64,000 bases of DNA from Bryobacteraceae bacterium (lineage in GTDB: Bacteria > Acidobacteriota > Terriglobia > Bryobacterales > Bryobacteraceae): positions 8,007-72,006 of the forward strand of contig JBEKIM010000005.1 in NCBI GenBank assembly GCA_050011755.1. Reading direction: 5' to 3'. The translations under genes were made by a program, and so were the position numbers. The notes under the pieces are model-generated. The model worked only from the letters and a program-made list of their open reading frames with translations. It did no database searches and was not told the DNA's origin. Every line of letters begins with the position of its first letter. Position 1 is the stretch's first letter. Shown piece after piece: positions 62,950-64,000 of the stretch.

Positions 62950-63577
62950 TCTGGAAAAACTACATGAAGCCGTAATCGAGGGAGATTGGAAGGCCGCGGC
63001 TGCGGCGACCGAGGGCGCGCTGGCCGCCGGCGTGACTCCGCTCGCGATCGTGACCGGATGCCTGGTGCCCGCCATGGACGAAGTGGGCCGCCGCTTCGAA
63101 TGCGAAGAGTATTTCGTTCCCGAAATGCTACTGTCGGCGCGGGCCATGAAGGCTTCCATGGCGATTGTCCGTCCGTTGCTGGCGGCGGGTGGCACCGAAC
63201 CGGTGGGGCGCGTGGTGATCGGGACGGTGAAGGGCGATCTGCACGATATTGGAAAGAACCTGGTGGCGTCCATGCTGGAAGGCGGGGGCTTCGAGGTGAT
63301 CGACCTGGGCGCGGATGTGTCGCCGGAGCGTTTCGTCGAGGCAGCCGGCGCGCGCCACGCAAACCTGGTAGCGCTCTCGGCGCTGCTGACGGTGACCATG
63401 ACTTCGATGAAAACCACCATCGACGCCTTCCATGCGGCGGGGCTGCGCGGGCAGGTGAAGATCATGGTGGGCGGCGCGCCCGTCACGCAACAGTACGCCG
63501 ATTCGATAGGGGCCGACGGCTATGGTGAAAGCGCGGGGGCCGCGGTGGCGCTGGCGCGCAAACTGGTGGCCGCGTGA
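62942..63577 (+). CDS. Corrinoid (cobalamin-binding) protein of methyltransferase systems
   Basis: A B12-binding_2 cap helix bundle (LHEAVIEGDWKAAAAATEGALAAGVTP) is followed by a Rossmann domain with the DxHxxG motif (GDLHDIGKNLV), then SALLT and MVGGAP. Start set to ATG 62942. Confidence 0.88.
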   Translation: MPDLEKLHEAVIEGDWKAAAAATEGALAAGVTPLAIVTGCLVPAMDEVGRRFECEEYFVPEMLLSARAMKASMAIVRPLLAAGGTEPVGRVVIGTVKGDLHDIGKNLVASMLEGGGFEVIDLGADVSPERFVEAAGARHANLVALSALLTVTMTSMKTTIDAFHAAGLRGQVKIMVGGAPVTQQYADSIGADGYGESAGAAVALARKLVAA

Positions 63578-64000
63578 ACCGGCTGCGCGATTGGCTGGCG
63601 GCCGGTGTATTCATCACGGACGGGGCGTGGGGTACGGAGTTGCAAGCGCGCGGCCTGGCCCCCGGCGCGGCGCCGGACCTTTGGAATCTTACCCATCCTG
63701 AGATCGTGGAAGACGTCGCGCGCGCCTATGTGGAAGCGGGCAGCCAGGTGATTCTGACCAACACATTCCGCGCCAACGCAGTGGCGATTGACGGTGACTT
63801 GGAGGCGATCAATCGCGCGGGTGTGGCGATTTCGAAGCGGGCAGCGGCGGGGCGCGCGCTGGTATTCGCATCGATCGGTCCGACTGGCAAAATGTTGATC
63901 GCGGGAGAAATCGGGGAGGAGCAAGCGCATGCGGCCTTCGCCGCGCAGGCCATGGCACTGGCGGCAGGGGGCGCGGATGCTCTGCTGATCGAAACCATGA
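63574..64000 (+). CDS. Homocysteine S-methyltransferase domain protein (MetH N-terminal module-like); 3' end outside the window
   Basis: Not in the ORF track because it is open-ended. GTG 63574 overlaps the upstream stop (GTGA). The translation VNRLRDWLAAGVFITDGAWGTELQARGL...PDLWNLTHPEIVEDVARAYVEAGSQVILTNTFRAN...FASIGPTGK...GGADALLIETM matches the Hcy-binding domain pattern. Confidence 0.75.
   Translation, partial: MNRLRDWLAAGVFITDGAWGTELQARGLAPGAAPDLWNLTHPEIVEDVARAYVEAGSQVILTNTFRANAVAIDGDLEAINRAGVAISKRAAAGRALVFASIGPTGKMLIAGEIGEEQAHAAFAAQAMALAAGGADALLIETM

Noticed and set aside
61641-63486. ORF 61641-62975 (+, 444 aa, alternative frame) and ORF 61819-63486 (-, 555 aa) cover the URO-D and corrinoid genes.
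   Set aside because: Both are Arg/Pro/Gly-rich without motifs. The chosen frames contain URO-D C-terminal and DxHxxG cobalamin-binding signatures, and their junctions overlap.
1-64000. I searched for mobile-element hallmarks, prophage genes, toxin-antitoxin pairs and known defence-system cores (transposase, integrase, reverse transcriptase, restriction/modification enzymes, cas).
   Set aside because: None was recognised in any credible ORF. The only mobile-like signals are the short hairpin repeats. The only AAA+/Lon-like candidate is a decayed remnant.

Overview
High-GC, densely coding chromosomal window with about 45 protein genes. I found no rRNA, tRNA, CRISPR array, transposase, integrase or phage genes. 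By inference only, the source is an Acidobacteriota genome of the Solibacter/Bryobacter type. The pointers are TIGR03437-like C-terminal domains, a PEP-CTERM protein, a CarboxypepD_reg-type TonB receptor, a sedolisin with Ig-like repeats, and GloVer-type tandem repeats.

Main blocks:
- 1-9145 (reverse strand): an edge-truncated secreted protein missing from the ORF track, a decayed Lon-like AAA+ remnant, a sulfite/nitrite reductase hemoprotein, an S53 sedolisin, and a phosphofructokinase with PPi-type signature residues.
- 9278-23005 (forward strand): a tightly coupled 8-gene MoxR/VWA 'Bat-like' envelope operon. The order is DUF4159, VWA-GATase-like, clan-CD peptidase-like protein lacking the Cys, TPR-HExxH peptidase, MoxR, DUF58, BatA-VWA, DUF4175.
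- 23123-34441 (reverse strand): mutS2, a large S1 peptidase, NUDIX, then the phoH-ybeY-corC-era-BON-SMP30 operon.
- 34662-43329: orphan Flp pilin, a second DUF4159 paralog plus a LolA-like protein, a small PEP-CTERM protein, a Ser/Thr kinase, a heme-c DUF3365-HAMP protein, a cupin and a TonB-dependent receptor.
- 43425-53026 (reverse strand): a hypothetical gene altered by a 58-bp tandem duplication, DUF2339, an LplT-PlsC-Aas fusion, a pseudo-JAMM/NTF2 membrane protein, and a Tat-signal PIG-L deacetylase.
- 53191-64000: a PAS-LuxR regulator, a small beta-barrel protein plus an extended cold-shock-domain protein, a GloVer-repeat gene broken by four frameshifts, two glycoside hydrolases, and an operon of a UROD-family methyltransferase, a corrinoid protein and a homocysteine S-methyltransferase that runs off the window.

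The most striking non-genic signal is a family of mosaic GC-rich hairpin repeats (REP/BIME- or MITE-like) at 10 loci, with compensatory stem substitutions between copies. I see no clear-cut novel defence or mobile system. The best candidates for undescribed biology are the hairpin-repeat family, the peptidase-augmented MoxR/VWA operon, and the corrinoid methyl-transfer operon. All family names are recognised from motifs by eye, not from database searches. Coordinates of non-coding features may be off by 1-2 nt.
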